DNA of 20,000 nucleotides from Chiloscyllium plagiosum (Eukaryota), in contig NC_057719.1 of assembly GCF_004010195.1 (NCBI RefSeq), positions 12,142,035 to 12,162,034 of the forward strand. Reading direction: 5' to 3'. A program made the translations under genes and the position numbers. This document shows positions 1 through 11,098 of this stretch, piece by piece (the stretch's first letter is position 1; each line of letters starts with the position of its first letter). Under the pieces are notes generated by a model. The model ran no database searches. It saw nothing but the letters and a program-made list of their open reading frames with translations, and was not told where the DNA came from.

Positions 1-1227
1 ATGAATCCAAACTTTTTTTTTTACTATATCTGATCATTTGCTTCAGGTATTATGAGAAAAACATATGGCAGCAAATTAACAACCTTGTGCTCAAAACGCA
101 AACCACTGTGATGACAACTAGAGATCAAGGCAAATAGTGGAATTCTGGAATAAAATCAGAAAATTCTACGAAGTACAAGAGGCACTAAAGAGGGGATAAA
201 TATCTTGGGTGAAACTTTAACCCAATGTTTATCCCTTCCGGAGCTGTTTTGTATTCATAAGCCTTCTGGTTTTACACCAAAACTTTTGCAGGTCTCTCCC
301 TTCTGCTGCAAATCAACACTACACGCTCACATACCATCCCATATTTTAATGAGTAATATGCAGGTAACGAATCTGATGCTGGTACGATAGTGTTGCACCA
401 ATTTGAATTCTGCTCCAGTCAATGTTTCGACAGGTTAGGTTTAAAATAAAAAAGGATTGATTACCTTGCTGGAATTATATTACAGGTGTCCCAACAGTCA
501 CAGGGAGATAGAGGTGCAGGTATGTCAGCAAATCACAGAGATGTGTGAGAAAAACAGGATTATAGTGTAGGGGATTTCAACAACTGAGATGGCCTTAGTG
601 TGAAAGGATTAGACAGGGTGGAATTTTAAAAGTGTATCCAGGAGAATTTTATTGTGCCAGTATGTAGATAGTGGAGTAGTGCGAAACCTAATGCTGGGGA
701 ATGAAGCTGGTCAAGTAGTTGAAGTTTCGGTGGGTAAGCATTTTGGGGATAGTAACCATATCGCTGTAAATTTCAAAGTCATTATGGAAAGGGATAAGTA
801 TAGTGCAGAAGTGTCTAAACTGGGAGAAGACCAATTTCAAAATCATTATACAGGATCTGGCAAACATGGACTGAGAGCAGCTACTTGTCTATGTTTGGAA
901 AGTGGGAAAGAGTAGTGTTGTTAGCATTCTGGGTCAGCATGTTCTTCCCAGAGTGAAGGAAAAGGGCAGCAAGTCCAGGGAAGTCTGGATGGCAAGGGAT
1001 ATAGAGTGCTTGATAAAGAAAAAGGAAGAAGCATTTTTCAGGTTCAGTGCATTAAAAACAGGAGGGGAGGTCCTTCAAAGTATAGAGAAGTAGGGGGTTG
1101 CTTATAAAGAAGATTAGGGGGCAAAGAGATGCCACAAAATACCTTTTGCAGATGGAATCAAAGAAAACCCCAAGGTTTTTTAGAAGTATACGAAGAATAA
1201 AATAATTAGCAGGGATTAGAGACCAAG

Positions 1228-1530
1228 AAATTCACCAAAGATCCTTAGACAAAGATCCTTCCAAACCCATAACCAATTCCATATAGCAGGACAAGGGCAG
1301 CAGGTAATTGGGAACACCACAATCTGCAAGTTCCCCTCCAAGCCACTCACCACCCTGACTTGAAAATATACTACCATTCCCTCCTTACCAGCACTGTAGG
1401 TCAATCCACAGCAAGTGGACTGCAGCAATTCAAGGTGGCAGCTCACCACCACCTTTTCAAGGGCAAATAGGGATGGGCTATCAATGCTGGCCAGCCAGCC
1501 ACACCAAAGTCTCACAAATGAATTTTAAAA
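1228..1530 (+). mobile_element. 3' end of a second LINE family (CR1/L2 group, here 'family B') nested in the CR1
   Basis: Colinear with the reverse complement of 13540-13900 (ctgcaagttc..ctccaagccact..acca.cctgactt, aatgctggccagc). CR1 homology resumes after it, and caag flanks both sides (1224-1227, 1531-1534). Confidence 0.8.
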
Positions 1531-2496
1531 CAAGGGCAATCTGTGCATGAAGCCAAGGGATGAGGGTGAGGTGTAAATGAATACTTGTCATCTGTATTCA
1601 CAGAGGAGAAAGTCATTGTAACCAGCAATTTCAGTTGGGATGCTAAAGTTCTAAAATTCTTAAGATTAATAAGGAGGAGGTGTTATTAAACGTTATAAAG
1701 GGCCTAAATGTGCATAAATCCCTAGGGCTGATGTGACATATCCTAGTCTGCTATGGAAAGCAAGGGAGATTGCTGGGACTCTGGTGGATATAATTAATAC
1801 TTCACTGGCCACAGGTGAAGTGCCAGATGACTGGATAATAACTAATGTGGTTTCTCTGTTCAAGAGGGCAGCCAGATAATTACAGACCAATTAGTCTGAT
1901 GTCAGTGGTAGGAAAATTATTGGAAAAATTCTGAATGTCATGATTTATCAATACTTGGAAAGGCATAGATTAATCAGGGATAGTCAGCACAGATTTGACA
2001 GAGGGAGATCCAGTCTGATTAATTTAATTGAGTTTTTGAGAAGGTGACTAAATACATTGATTTGGGTAGTGCAGTTGATTTGGTTTACCTGGACTTCAAT
2101 AAGGCCTTTAAGAATGTCTCACATGGAAGGCTGATGCAAAAGGTAACAGCCCGCAGGATCCAAGATAGGCTGACATATAGGAGAAAAAGGGTGACGCTGG
2201 AGTGTTGTTTTTGTAATTAGAAGCCTGTGACCAGCGGTGTACCACAGGGACTGGTGCTGGGACTTGTTATGTACAGTAACGACTTGGATATGAATGTTTA
2301 AGGTATACGTATTAAGTGTGCAGAGGACACTAAAAATGGTAGCATTGTTGATACAAAGGAGGATGGTCTCAGGCTACAGTCTAATATTGATCCACTGGTA
2401 ACTTGGGCACAGCATTGGCAAATGGAATTTAATCCCATTAAGTGCAAGGTGATGCATTTTTGGAAGTCTGATAAGGGAAGAATATACACGACAAAT

Positions 2497-2805
2497 GGGC
2501 GGCACGGTGGCACAGTGGTTAGCACTGCTGCCTCACAGCGCCAGAGACCTGGGTTCAATTCCCGCCTCAGCCGACTGACTGTGTGGAGTTTGCACGTTCT
2601 CCCCATGTCTGCGTGGGTTTCCTCCCACAGTCCAAAGATGTGCTGGTCAGGTGAATTGACCATGCTAAATTGCCCATAGTGTAAGGGGCAGGGGTAAAAT
2701 GTAGGGGAATGAGTCTGGGTGGGTTTGCACGTTGGTGTGGACTTGTTGGGCCGAAGGGTCTGTTCCCACGCTGTAAGTAATCTAATCTAATCTAATCTAA
2801 TCTAA
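2497..2805 (+). mobile_element. HE1-type tRNA-derived V-SINE
   Basis: A box tggcacagtgg, B box ggttcaattcc, core gtgtggagtttgcacgttctcccc, CR1-like 3' end, (AATCT)n tail. aaatg(g) is duplicated on both sides. Confidence 0.93.
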
Positions 2806-3093
2806 AAATGGTAGATACCTAGGTCCCTCAGGAATACTGAGGAACGAAGGGACCTTGATGACCTTCAGGGTCCATAGATCCCTGAAGCTGTCAGTACAGG
2901 TACAAAGGGTGATGAAGAAGGCATGTCGGATGCTTGTCTTCATTAGCTGGGACATAGAACATATGGACAAGGAAATCTTGCGACAACTTTATAAAACATT
3001 GTTTAGGCCACAAATTGCGGTTGTGGTTGTCACACTATTGGAATGACATGATTCCACTGGAGAGAGTAGAAAGGAAATTCACCCAGAACTTAT

Positions 3094-3415
3094 GGGCGGC
3101 ACGGTGGCTCAGTGGTTAGCACTACTGCCTCACAGCGCCTGAGACACAGGTTCAATTCCCGCCTCAGGCGACTGCCTGTGTGGAGTTTGCACGTTCTCCC
3201 CGTGTCTGTGTGGGTTTCCTCCGGGTGCTCCGGTTTCCTCCCACAGTTCAAAGATGTGCAGGTCAGGTGAATTGGCCATGCTAAATTGCCCGTAGTGTTA
3301 GGTAAGGGGTAAGTGTAGGGGTATGGGTGGGTTGCGCTTCGGCGGGTCGGTGTGGACTTGTTGGGCCAAAGGGCCTGTTTCCACGCTGTAATGTAATGTA
3401 ATGTAATCTAATCTA
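3094..3415 (+). mobile_element. HE1-type tRNA-derived V-SINE, full length
   Basis: A and B boxes, V core, (AATGT)n(AATCT)n tail. aactt occurs at 3087-3091 and 3416-3420. Confidence 0.94.
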
Positions 3416-3424
3416 AACTTGCCT

Positions 3425-3508
3425 GAGGTGAAAAGTCTCAGCTACGAGGAAGATTTATTTTCCTTAGAGGTGAAAAGTCTCAGCTACGAGGAAGATTTAT
3501 TTTCCTTA
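3425..3508 (+). repeat. Perfect 42-bp tandem duplication inside the CR1
   Basis: gaggtgaaaagtctcagctacgaggaagatttattttcctta occurs at 3425-3466 and 3467-3508. Confidence 0.95.
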
Positions 3509-3780
3509 GAGCAGAGGAAGCTAAGGGAGGATCTAATTGAGGTATACACAATTATGAAAGGCATATAACAGAGTAGATTGTAAGAATCATTTCCCCGTGG
3601 CCGACATGTCTAAGGCTAGACGGCATTAGTTTAAAGTGAGGAGCAAGTAGTTTAGTGGAGATCTGAAAAAACATTTATATGGAATGTGCTGCCTGTGAGA
3701 TGGAGGTTAGGTACTCTTGCAATACTTAAGAACATCTGGATGAACACAAACTGCAAAGCAAAGTAGGCTACAGAGCAAGT

Positions 3781-3972
3781 TGTTGGGGCCAGTTTGTTAG
3801 ATATATTCAGGATGGAGCTGGACATGGCCCTTGTAGCTAAATGGAGCAAAAGATATGGAGAGAAAGCGGGAGTGGGATACTGAAATTACATGATTAGTCA
3901 TGTTTGTATTGAATGGTGGCACAGGCTCTAAGGGCTGAATGGTCTACTCCTGCACCTATTTTCTATGTTTCT
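3781..3972 (+). mobile_element. 3' tail of another CR1 subfamily nested in the 3' UTR of the large CR1
   Basis: Ends aagggctgaatggtctactcctgcacctattttctatgtttct. aagt flanks both sides. Resembles the reverse complement of 9881-10060. Confidence 0.8.
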
Positions 3973-4529
3973 AAGTGCAGCTAAGTAAGATTAATGTAGC
4001 ACGGCTGGCACAGACATGTAGGGCTGAAAGGCCTGTTTCTATGTGGCATGACTCTCTCTATGAGGTAATTTAGTCATTCCTTATAGTATTTTGTGGGTAA
4101 AAGATCACATCGGGTTAGGAACGTTTGACTTATAAAATAGTTATTAATGGGATGCCACTTAATTACAGGACAGTTGCGGGATTAAATAACAACTGGGAAT
4201 CCTTCATTATCGTACCTCTGGGCCTGGATTCAGTTTCAGCCCAGGCCCAAAGACATGGCCATTATCTCTCTCTGTCAGTTTATTGGCATATCAGTTCATT
4301 GAAATCACTTATTGTTCATTTTTACTGGGAAAACCTCCTTTAGAATGACTGTGTAGGAATTTAAAATATCACAGCAAAACAACAGTGACATAGTCACTTT
4401 AGCCACTCGAGGTGTGAAGCCACAATACATTGTTGAGAAGGTTATACAACCTCACTAATGCTGCACTAAACCTGGGGGTGTTCAATGGGAAAGTATAGAG
4501 GAGGATTTGACTGTGCATTTTACATTTCA

Positions 4530-4830
4530 TTTTAATTCACTCTTGTGACGTGAGTGCCACAGTCTTTGATTATTCATGTCTAGGTCCCTCAAAAAATTGG
4601 TGGTGACAAGCAGATCTCTTTTTGAAGCCCAGCAGCATTTTATTAGAATATGGCAGTTAAGAGTCCATCAAGTCAGTGTGGGACTGGCGTCATATATAAG
4701 CAAGTCAAGGTATGGATAGCAGGTTTATTTTTCTACAGGATATTAAAATAATCTTACAACTCCATGGTCACATGCCAGCTCCGTATTTCCAGATCTTTTA
4801 AATTAAATTTATATTTTCTGGATGACCACA
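4530..4830 (-). mobile_element. Highly decayed SINE with a family-B LINE-type 3' tail
   Basis: ggcagttaagagtc and flanking blocks are colinear with the interrupted element at 14915-15900. Confidence 0.5.
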
Positions 4831-4930
4831 ACACCATCACACCCCAAAACAGTTACTAGACTCAATTGGTGAATGTATGAGTGGATCGTACAGAGCTCTA
4901 TTCTGTATCGCTAAGCTGCACCATACTTAC

Positions 4931-4958
4931 TGCAGCCTCTTCTGTTCTTCCCAGAACC
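4931..4958 (-). CDS. VIPAS39: VIPAS39 micro-exon, 28 bp, (K)VLGRTEEAA
   Basis: Acceptor poly-T then aaatgcAG, donor GCA|GTAAGT, phase 2/0. Matches remembered FLDRTEELA and restores phase 0. Confidence 0.9.
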
Positions 4959-5069
4959 CTGCATTTAAAAAAAAAGTAGACTTTTAATGTCACTTTGCTT
5001 ACCATTTGCAGAGATTTTATCCTTATTTAACCTTGCTTCTTTATCTACTTTTGAAGCTGTCACTTATTG

Positions 5070-5260
5070 CCACACTAATGTCATCTGGCAAAAGCTCATT
5101 CTATCCCTACCCGATAATGACTAGATATTGATCACGAGTGGGAATCCTGGCTAATACCACGTTACCTTTCCTATTCCTGAGGCCCATTCAAGCATCTTGG
5201 TGCTTCCTTACTTCAGATCAGCTGCAGTGAGACTGGGAGTCAAACTTATCTAACTTGCTG
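5070..5260 (-). mobile_element. Possible ancient SINE remnant
   Basis: Minus-strand blocks agctgatct and agccaggattcccactcgtgatca resemble a repeat I recall from shark DNA. Very diverged; recognition only. Confidence 0.3.
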
Positions 5261-5553
5261 CTTTCTTTACATTTATCATTCCTTTTCCATTCTTTGCCTC
5301 CATCCCAGACACAGACAGCCTTTGAGTGATTGAGTGTAGGGTGGAACGGGAGTTTTTCTAATAGCTTGCCCTTTTGCCAAGTTACCCATTGTTCTCAATT
5401 TTGGCCATAAGCTCCTGATCTCTAAGAGCTCATTTATTTGCACAATTTCTTGTTAACCTGTGTTCATTTGAATTAGTCTTTTATGCTTTATTCTCAGACT
5501 GATTGTATTCCAAAAATGAACAAGAACAGCAGAATACAAAAAGGCCTCCTTAC

Positions 5554-5656
5554 TTGAGCACCTCCAACAGTAGTTTCTGTTCCCCCGTCTCTTTCAGATA
5601 GTAGATAAAATGTTGTAGGGCAACCTGCCGGTACTCCAGCTCTCGAAATAATACTT
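5554..5656 (-). CDS. VIPAS39: VIPAS39 internal coding exon, 103 bp, (E)[33 protein letters not shown](K)
   Basis: Acceptor gtgtattgtAG, donor CAA|GTAAGG, phase 1/2. Matches remembered [29 protein letters not shown]. The ORF track reads this region in the wrong frame. Confidence 0.96.
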
Positions 5657-5829
5657 CTACAATACACACAAATCCAGATAGGCATGGCAAATTGCCAACA
5701 CACAAAATACGTTAGTTACTGAATTATACAACTTTTTTTGAAAAGTGCTCTTACCATCAGCGTTCTACCAGAGAAAAGTCAGTTTAACCTTAAAAATACA
5801 TATTAATCAATTTCCTTTTTGTTAGATGT

Positions 5830-6470
5830 AAAACCACAAAATGTCACAGCATGAAAACGCCATTTGTGCCCTCACAGTTGCCAACTCTCAAAAAGAGCTA
5901 TTCATGTCATCCATTCCTCTCCACAATACCTGTTCCATTTTTTGCTCTTTTCAAATATTTACTCTTCTCCCCTTTTAAACATTAACTTGAATTCTGCTTC
6001 CACCCACATTCAGTAGTGAAAATGTCTTTTAACTATGTCTGTTTCAACCGCCTGAGAGAGGTTATGATATGTCTGCTGCACAGAGGATACCAATCAGTCA
6101 AATGTGCCTGTACAAGCTTCTTATGACAGCAATCTAATCCCTTTGTTCTGCATTTATCCCGTAATATTTTAAAATACTCATCAATCTTCTAAAAGTTAAA
6201 TGGATCTCTGATTCAATCACACCCTGTAGCAACATATTTCACACTTTAATAATTTCCTCTAAAAAAAATGTCCTGGCTTCTGTCCTTAATCTCATTGACA
6301 ATTATAATTTATGACTCTTTCTCAATGCTTTCTTGACCAGAGGAAATTGTATTTCCTTGCTTCATCAGAAATACTTCAGAATTTTAATAACCTCTATTGT
6401 TTCTACTCCGCCTTCTCCATGTCAATTGAAAAGGTTCTCAGTATCTGAAGCCTCTCTCAAAGAATGAAAA
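5830..6470 (-). mobile_element. Two very old CR1 3'-end fragments (about 5830-6030 and 6065-6470)
   Basis: Reverse complements follow CR1 3' ORF/UTR order (e.g. atagaggttattaaaattctgaa; gtggaagcagaattcaag..tttaaaaggg). Confidence 0.55.
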
Positions 6471-7179
6471 AGCACAGGGTGCTATTTAGCCATCATGCCT
6501 GCGCAAAATGGTTTCCTGGGTGTTATGTATATTTATTCTTGAATTCTGTGGATATAATTTCCACTATGAGTGCAAATTGCTCTCAAGATTACACCATAAA
6601 TGCTGCAGATTTATTCTATGTTCAAGATTTTACTCAAACTCCTCTGTATACTTGGAAAATGGTCCATGAATCAGCACAATTGGGCAGCACTTTAAAATGC
6701 TATAGCTTTTCAAATAATGTTCCCCGAAGTATTTCGAAGTGATAATCTGGTGTTGTTTTATTGATATAACTGAAAATTGGTTTATTACCAAATATAAACA
6801 TTTGAGTTCCACCACCTGTAAATAGCCAGATTTTAAAGAACTGAAATTCGTAAAAACTATACAGAGCCACTTACTAGTTTCATTGGTGTAATGCAAATGG
6901 TTTCAAAAGAAATTAAATATTTTAATACATACCAGCTTTTTAAAAACCTGCTTATCTCTGCTCTTGCACACAAAATTAAAACTAAGAATCACCTTGAAGG
7001 CCAGAAAAGTGGAGAGATTATTGAAAACTCACAATGTCGATTAATTCAATCTGGGACAGCCAATTTGTGGGCGGAGTTGATTTCCAGCTAAAATTTCTTT
7101 AAGACAGTGTTAAGTTTTAGTTGATTTTAAGTTTAAGGAAATGCCAATCCTGCTCAATGCCAGTTACGTTTCTGTAACT

Positions 7180-7240
7180 TAAGCACCCTGAGATATTTCA
7201 TTCCTTTAAAGGCACTATATAAATGGAAGCTGTTGTGTTG
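7180..7240 (+). mobile_element. L2 or L2-dependent SINE 3' tail
   Basis: ttaaaggcactatataaatggaagctgttgtgttg is a typical L2-type terminus. Confidence 0.5.
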
Positions 7241-7589
7241 ACACAATGCTGATTTGATCAATTTTGGGTGATTCACTGGAATTTGGCTGGAAATAACTGT
7301 CACCTAGGTAAAACTCCAGCTTGAAGTTTCAGTTTATGCTTGTACAGAGAACTGACAGCACCATCTAGGGGTAAAACAAAAACTTGCAATGTAAGTTTCA
7401 ATTTAACTCGTAGTAGTGCCATTGTGTGGAGGAAGTAGGATTAGCAATTATCACTAGTGTTAACAACACTACTGATTGACTTCAGTAATGGAGCATTGCA
7501 GCATGACAATTCATGGCAAGGTAGACATTTCCATGAGATATGTGGTCACATGATTGGAGGTACTGGCTTAGAAAATATTGATGATGAAG

Positions 7590-7760
7590 GTTGCTGGCTT
7601 AAAGTCCTGCAACTCCCTTACAAACAGCATTGTATCTTAACTTATGCCAGAAGAATTGCAGTGGGTCAAGGAGGCAATTCAGCATCACCTTCTCTTTGGC
7701 AGTAAGTAATACACAACAAATGCTGGCCAAGCCAGCGCTAACCACATCCTCAAACAACTT
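7590..7760 (+). mobile_element. Decayed family-B LINE 3' end
   Basis: ttgcagtgggtcaaggaggcaattcagcatcaccttctc...aaatgctggccaagccagc parallels 1420-1510. Confidence 0.55.
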
Positions 7761-7910
7761 ACATGAAAGAGTCCTGAATTTAAGGTTAAGCATTTGAGGT
7801 AATTAATTAGGAAAGAGATTATTATTAGCTTGAAATATTCATATAATCCTCTTTCAAATAGTGTGTGGTGCCGGAAAAGCACAGCAGGTCAGGCAGCATC
7901 CAAGGAACAG

Positions 7911-7950
7911 GAGAATTGACGTTTCAGGCATAAACTCTTCATCAGGAATG
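7911..7950 (-). ncRNA. Minimal hammerhead ribozyme motif in the Penelope pLTR, helix II weakened
   Basis: The minus strand reads cattc-CTGATGA-a-gagt-ttat-gcct-GAAAC-GTC-aattctc. The core boxes are intact, but stem II has a mismatch and two wobbles. Confidence 0.7.
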
Positions 7951-7971
7951 AGGTGGGCGGAGCACCTGAGA

Positions 7972-8048
7972 NNNNNNNNNNNNNNNNNNNNNNNNNNNNN
8001 NNNNNNNNNNNNNNNNNNNNNNNNNNNNNNNNNNNNNNNNNNNNNNNN
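7972..8048. other. Assembly gap (77 N)
   Basis: Run of N. Confidence 1.
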
Positions 8049-8901
8049 AGGAAACTGGTGAAGTCAATGTCAATGCCGTGTGGTTGGGTTCCAAGGTGGA
8101 AGATGAGGCGTTCTACCTCCAATCGTCGGGTGGCTTGAATTTGGTGGTGGAGGCCGCCCAGGGCCTGCATATCCTTGGGGGAGTGGGAGGGGAAGTGGGA
8201 GGGGGAGTTGAAGTGGTCAGCCACAAGGCGGGAGGGTTGTTTGGTGCTTGTGTCCCAGAGATGTTCCCTGAAACATTCCACAGGTTGGCATCCTATCTCC
8301 CTAATGTAGAGGAGATCACATTGATGGACACTGTAGATGAGGCGTTTGAAAATGCAGGAAAATCTCTGCCAGATGTTGAAGATGTTGAGAATGGGGCCTT
8401 GAATGGAGGTGATGGGGGAGGTATGGGCACAGGCTTTGCACCTCTTGTGGCGGCAAGGGAAGGTGTGGGCCCAATGAGGGAGTCGCGGAGGGAATGGTCT
8501 CTGCGGAATGCAGAGGGGTGGAGAGGGAAATATATCTCTGGTGATGGGGTCTGATTGTAGGTGGCAGAAACAGCGGAGGATAATGCGCTCTATGGCAGAA
8601 ATTGTGGTGGATAATGCGCTATATGGCAGAGGATAATACGTTGTATTTCGCAACCCACAATCAGACCCACCACCAGAAATATATTTTTGTCGCCTCCCCA
8701 AACTGCATTCTGCAGAGATCATTCCTTCCACAAGTCCCTTGTTAGGTCCACCTCCATCAACCCATGCCAAACCACCCTCCACTCTCAACACTTTCCCTTG
8801 AGGCACATTAGGTGTAAAACCTGCGCCCGCACCTCCCCCATTACCTTCATCCAAGGCCCCAAAGGATTCTTCCATATCCAGCAGAGATTTTCCTGCACAA
8901 T

Positions 8902-9230
8902 GGGGCAGCACAGTGTTTAACACCACTGCCTCACAGCGCCAGGGACTTGGGTTCGATTTCCGCCTCAGATGACTGTGTGTGTGGAGTTTGCACATTCTCC
9001 CCATGTCTGCATGGGTTTCCTCCAGGTGCTCTGGTTTCCTCCCACAATCCAAAGATGCACAGGCCAGGTTAATTGGCCATGCTAAACTGCCCATTGTAAT
9101 AGGTGCATTAGTCAGGGGTACCCATAGGGTAGGGGAATGGGTCTGGGTGGGTTACTCTTTAGATGGTCAGTGTGGACTTGTTGGCCCAAAGGGCCTGTTT
9201 CCATACTGTAGGGAATCTAATCTAATCTAA
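8902..9230 (+). mobile_element. HE1-type V-SINE inserted in the Penelope plus arm
   Basis: B box ggttcgatttc, V core, (AATCT)n tail. It splits the Penelope sequence ttcctgcac|atccaaacacc. Confidence 0.92.
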
Positions 9231-9880
9231 TCATCCAAACACCTCATCTACTGTGTCCGTTGCTCTTGATGTGATCTCCTCTACATTGAGGAGACAGGAC
9301 ACCAACTCGCAGAATGTTGCAGGGAACATCTCTGGGACGCGTGCATCAAACAACCCCACTGTCCTGTGGCCAACTCCCTCTCCCACTCTACCAAGGACAT
9401 GCAAGTCCTGGGCCTTCTCCATCACCAAATCAAAGCCACCTGACCACTGGAGAAAGATCGCCTCATCTTCTGCTTTGTGACCCTCCAAACACATTGCATC
9501 AAGGTAGATTTCACTAGTTTGCAAATCTCCCCTCCCCCACCTCATCCCAGATTCAACCCTCCAACTTGGCACTGTCCTCTTGAACTGTCCTACCTGTCCA
9601 TCTTCCTTACCACCTATCTGCTCCACTATCCTCTCAGACGTGTCACCATCACACACCCCCCTCACTTGCATCGACCTATCACCTTCCCAGCTACCATCCC
9701 CCCAGCCCCGCTCCCTCCCATTTATCTCTCAGCCCCCTTCCCCCACCGCCAACATTCCTGACGAAGGGCTTACTCCAGCTCTATAGATGCTGCCTGACCT
9801 GTGCTTTTCCTGCACCACACTTTTCGATTCTAATCTCCAGCATCTGCAGTCCTCACTTTCTCTCTATCAAGTAAGTGAAA

Positions 9881-10354
9881 CACAGAAAACAAGAACAGGA
9901 CCGGGCTCTTCAAGCCTGCCCCACCATTCATTGTGATCATGGCTGACCATTCATTTCAGTATCCTGTTCCTGCTTTCTTCCCATACCCTTCATCCCTTTT
10001 AGCCTAAGAACTATATCTAAGTCCTTCTTGAAAACATTCAATGTTTTGGCCTCAACCACTTTCTGTGATAGAGAATTTGAAATCTCACCACTCTCTGAAG
10101 AAATTTCTCGTCAAATCAGTTTTAAATGGCCTAACTGTATTTTTAGACTGTGACTCCCTCCAGTCATAGGGAACATCCTTTCACTTACTCTGTCTGGTCA
10201 TGTTAGAATTCGATGAGATGATCTATGATTGGAGAGCCACCCCCTCATCCTACTAAATTCCAAGAAGTACACACCAAATCAATCTAGTCTCTCTTCATAC
10301 ATCAATCCTGCCACCCCGGGAATCAATCTGGTAAACCTTTAGTACAGGCTCTCC
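9881..10354 (-). mobile_element. CR1 3' fragment
   Basis: The reverse complement gives aggtttaccagattgattcc (RFTRLIP), tatgaagagagactag (YEERL) and the CR1 3' UTR. Confidence 0.85.
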
Positions 10355-10616
10355 AAGTAGAAATGTGCTGAGAGTTCACTTTATCATGCCACTGAAGATA
10401 CACGCCAACCAGTTATCTTCACTCAACAGGGTAGGACGAATACAGTCCTGTAAATTCAGTGAGCCTTTCTAAGCAAGTACTGTTATAAACCGTCCCACTG
10501 TACAGTCACATATCTCTCAACTGTAAATGCAGTTTCATCTACAAACTGCACTGTTCATTTCAGGTAACCTGTTTGTACTGTGCAGGGCACACAGTTCATC
10601 TGCCTTTGCATGACCA

Positions 10617-10776
10617 AGTCAAAAGGTGTGGCGCTGGAAAAAAACAGCTGATCAGGCAGCTTCTGAGGAGCAGGAGAATCGACTCTCCTGCCCTTCGGAT
10701 GCTGCTTGACTGGCTGTGCTTTTCCTGTGCCACACCTTTTGACTCTGGTCTCCAGGATCTGAAGTCCTCACTTTGA
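10617..10776. mobile_element. 160-bp non-coding palindromic Penelope pLTR derivative with target-site duplication
   Basis: Inverted arms at 10617-10680 and 10681-10744, followed by an unpaired tail of about 30 bp. cctttgcatgac is repeated exactly at 10603-10614 and 10777-10788. Confidence 0.88.
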
Positions 10777-11098
10777 CCTTTGCATGACAAAGGTGACTAG
10801 ACACTAAAAACGTTCAGGCATCCTAACCAACCTCAACTTAAACACCTCTGTGACCCCCCCTTAGAAACGTGCAAACATTGAAACTGATTGTAACTCTCCT
10901 ATCCCTGCTTTCCCAGTGTTGACATTGCACTACTCCATGCAAAGTTATGATTGCATATGGAATATTACTGGTGTGTATAAGCCCAGTTGCTAAGCCACCA
11001 GAAGTGAATGGTACCTTGCTGATAAAAATTGGCCAAGGATTTCAGTTCTCAATACTGGTCCCTAGTTACTATAACATGGAAGTTAAACAAGTACATAC

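Larger units (their letters stand above)
436..4063 (+). mobile_element. Decayed, 5'-truncated CR1 (HER1-like) LINE: end of APE endonuclease, RT and 3' UTR, interrupted by four nested inserts
   Basis: Broken frames give TLLELYYR..NS and GDFN (APE), NYRPISLMSVVGKLLEK, VDLVYLDFNKAF, SGVPQGLVLG, KCAEDTK (decayed FADD), WQMEFNPIKCKVMH and LYKTLFRP. The 3' tail is gggctgaaaggcctgtttct...ctatga. Many stops and frameshifts; boundaries approximate. Confidence 0.92.
7861..9861. mobile_element. Penelope-like retroelement fold-back: minus arm about 7861-8645 and plus arm about 8646-9861, each with a GIY-YIG remnant and an outward-facing pLTR
   Basis: The minus arm translates to FPCRHKRCKACAH...LIYSVHQCDLLYIRE...FREH...VADHFNSPSH...LIFHLGTQPHGIDIDF (Cys-rich linker plus GIY-YIG). 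The same region recurs inverted at 8650-9520. The termini are inverted, and the flanks ctctttcaaata (7849-7860) and ctctatcaagta (9862-9873) match at 10/12. Confidence 0.9.

Noticed and set aside
2497..2570. tRNA genes at the SINE heads
   Set aside because: The A and B boxes continue into the SINE core and tail, so these are tRNA-derived heads rather than tRNA genes.
4219..4249. 9-bp inverted repeat tgggcctgg/ccaggccca as a structured RNA or terminator
   Set aside because: It is a single short hairpin with no supporting motif and could easily arise by chance.
4995..5050. Extra minus-strand donor ATG|GTAAGC near the 28-bp exon
   Set aside because: It has no good acceptor or matching peptide, and the implied intron would be only about 43 bp.
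5494..5703. ORF-track peptides overlapping true exons (also 14243-14479 and 13057-13245)
   Set aside because: They are in the wrong frame or on the wrong strand relative to the spliced VIPAS39 frame.
8562..8645. CRISPR-like repeat array
   Set aside because: The units are adjacent with no unique spacers, derive from Penelope coding sequence, and sit in a eukaryotic context.
7889..9094. 401-aa minus-strand ORF as a novel SINE/GIY-YIG fusion protein
   Set aside because: It is a chance chimera of antisense SINE, antisense Penelope arm and a decayed sense arm. It reads through an N gap, and the YIG motif is mutated.
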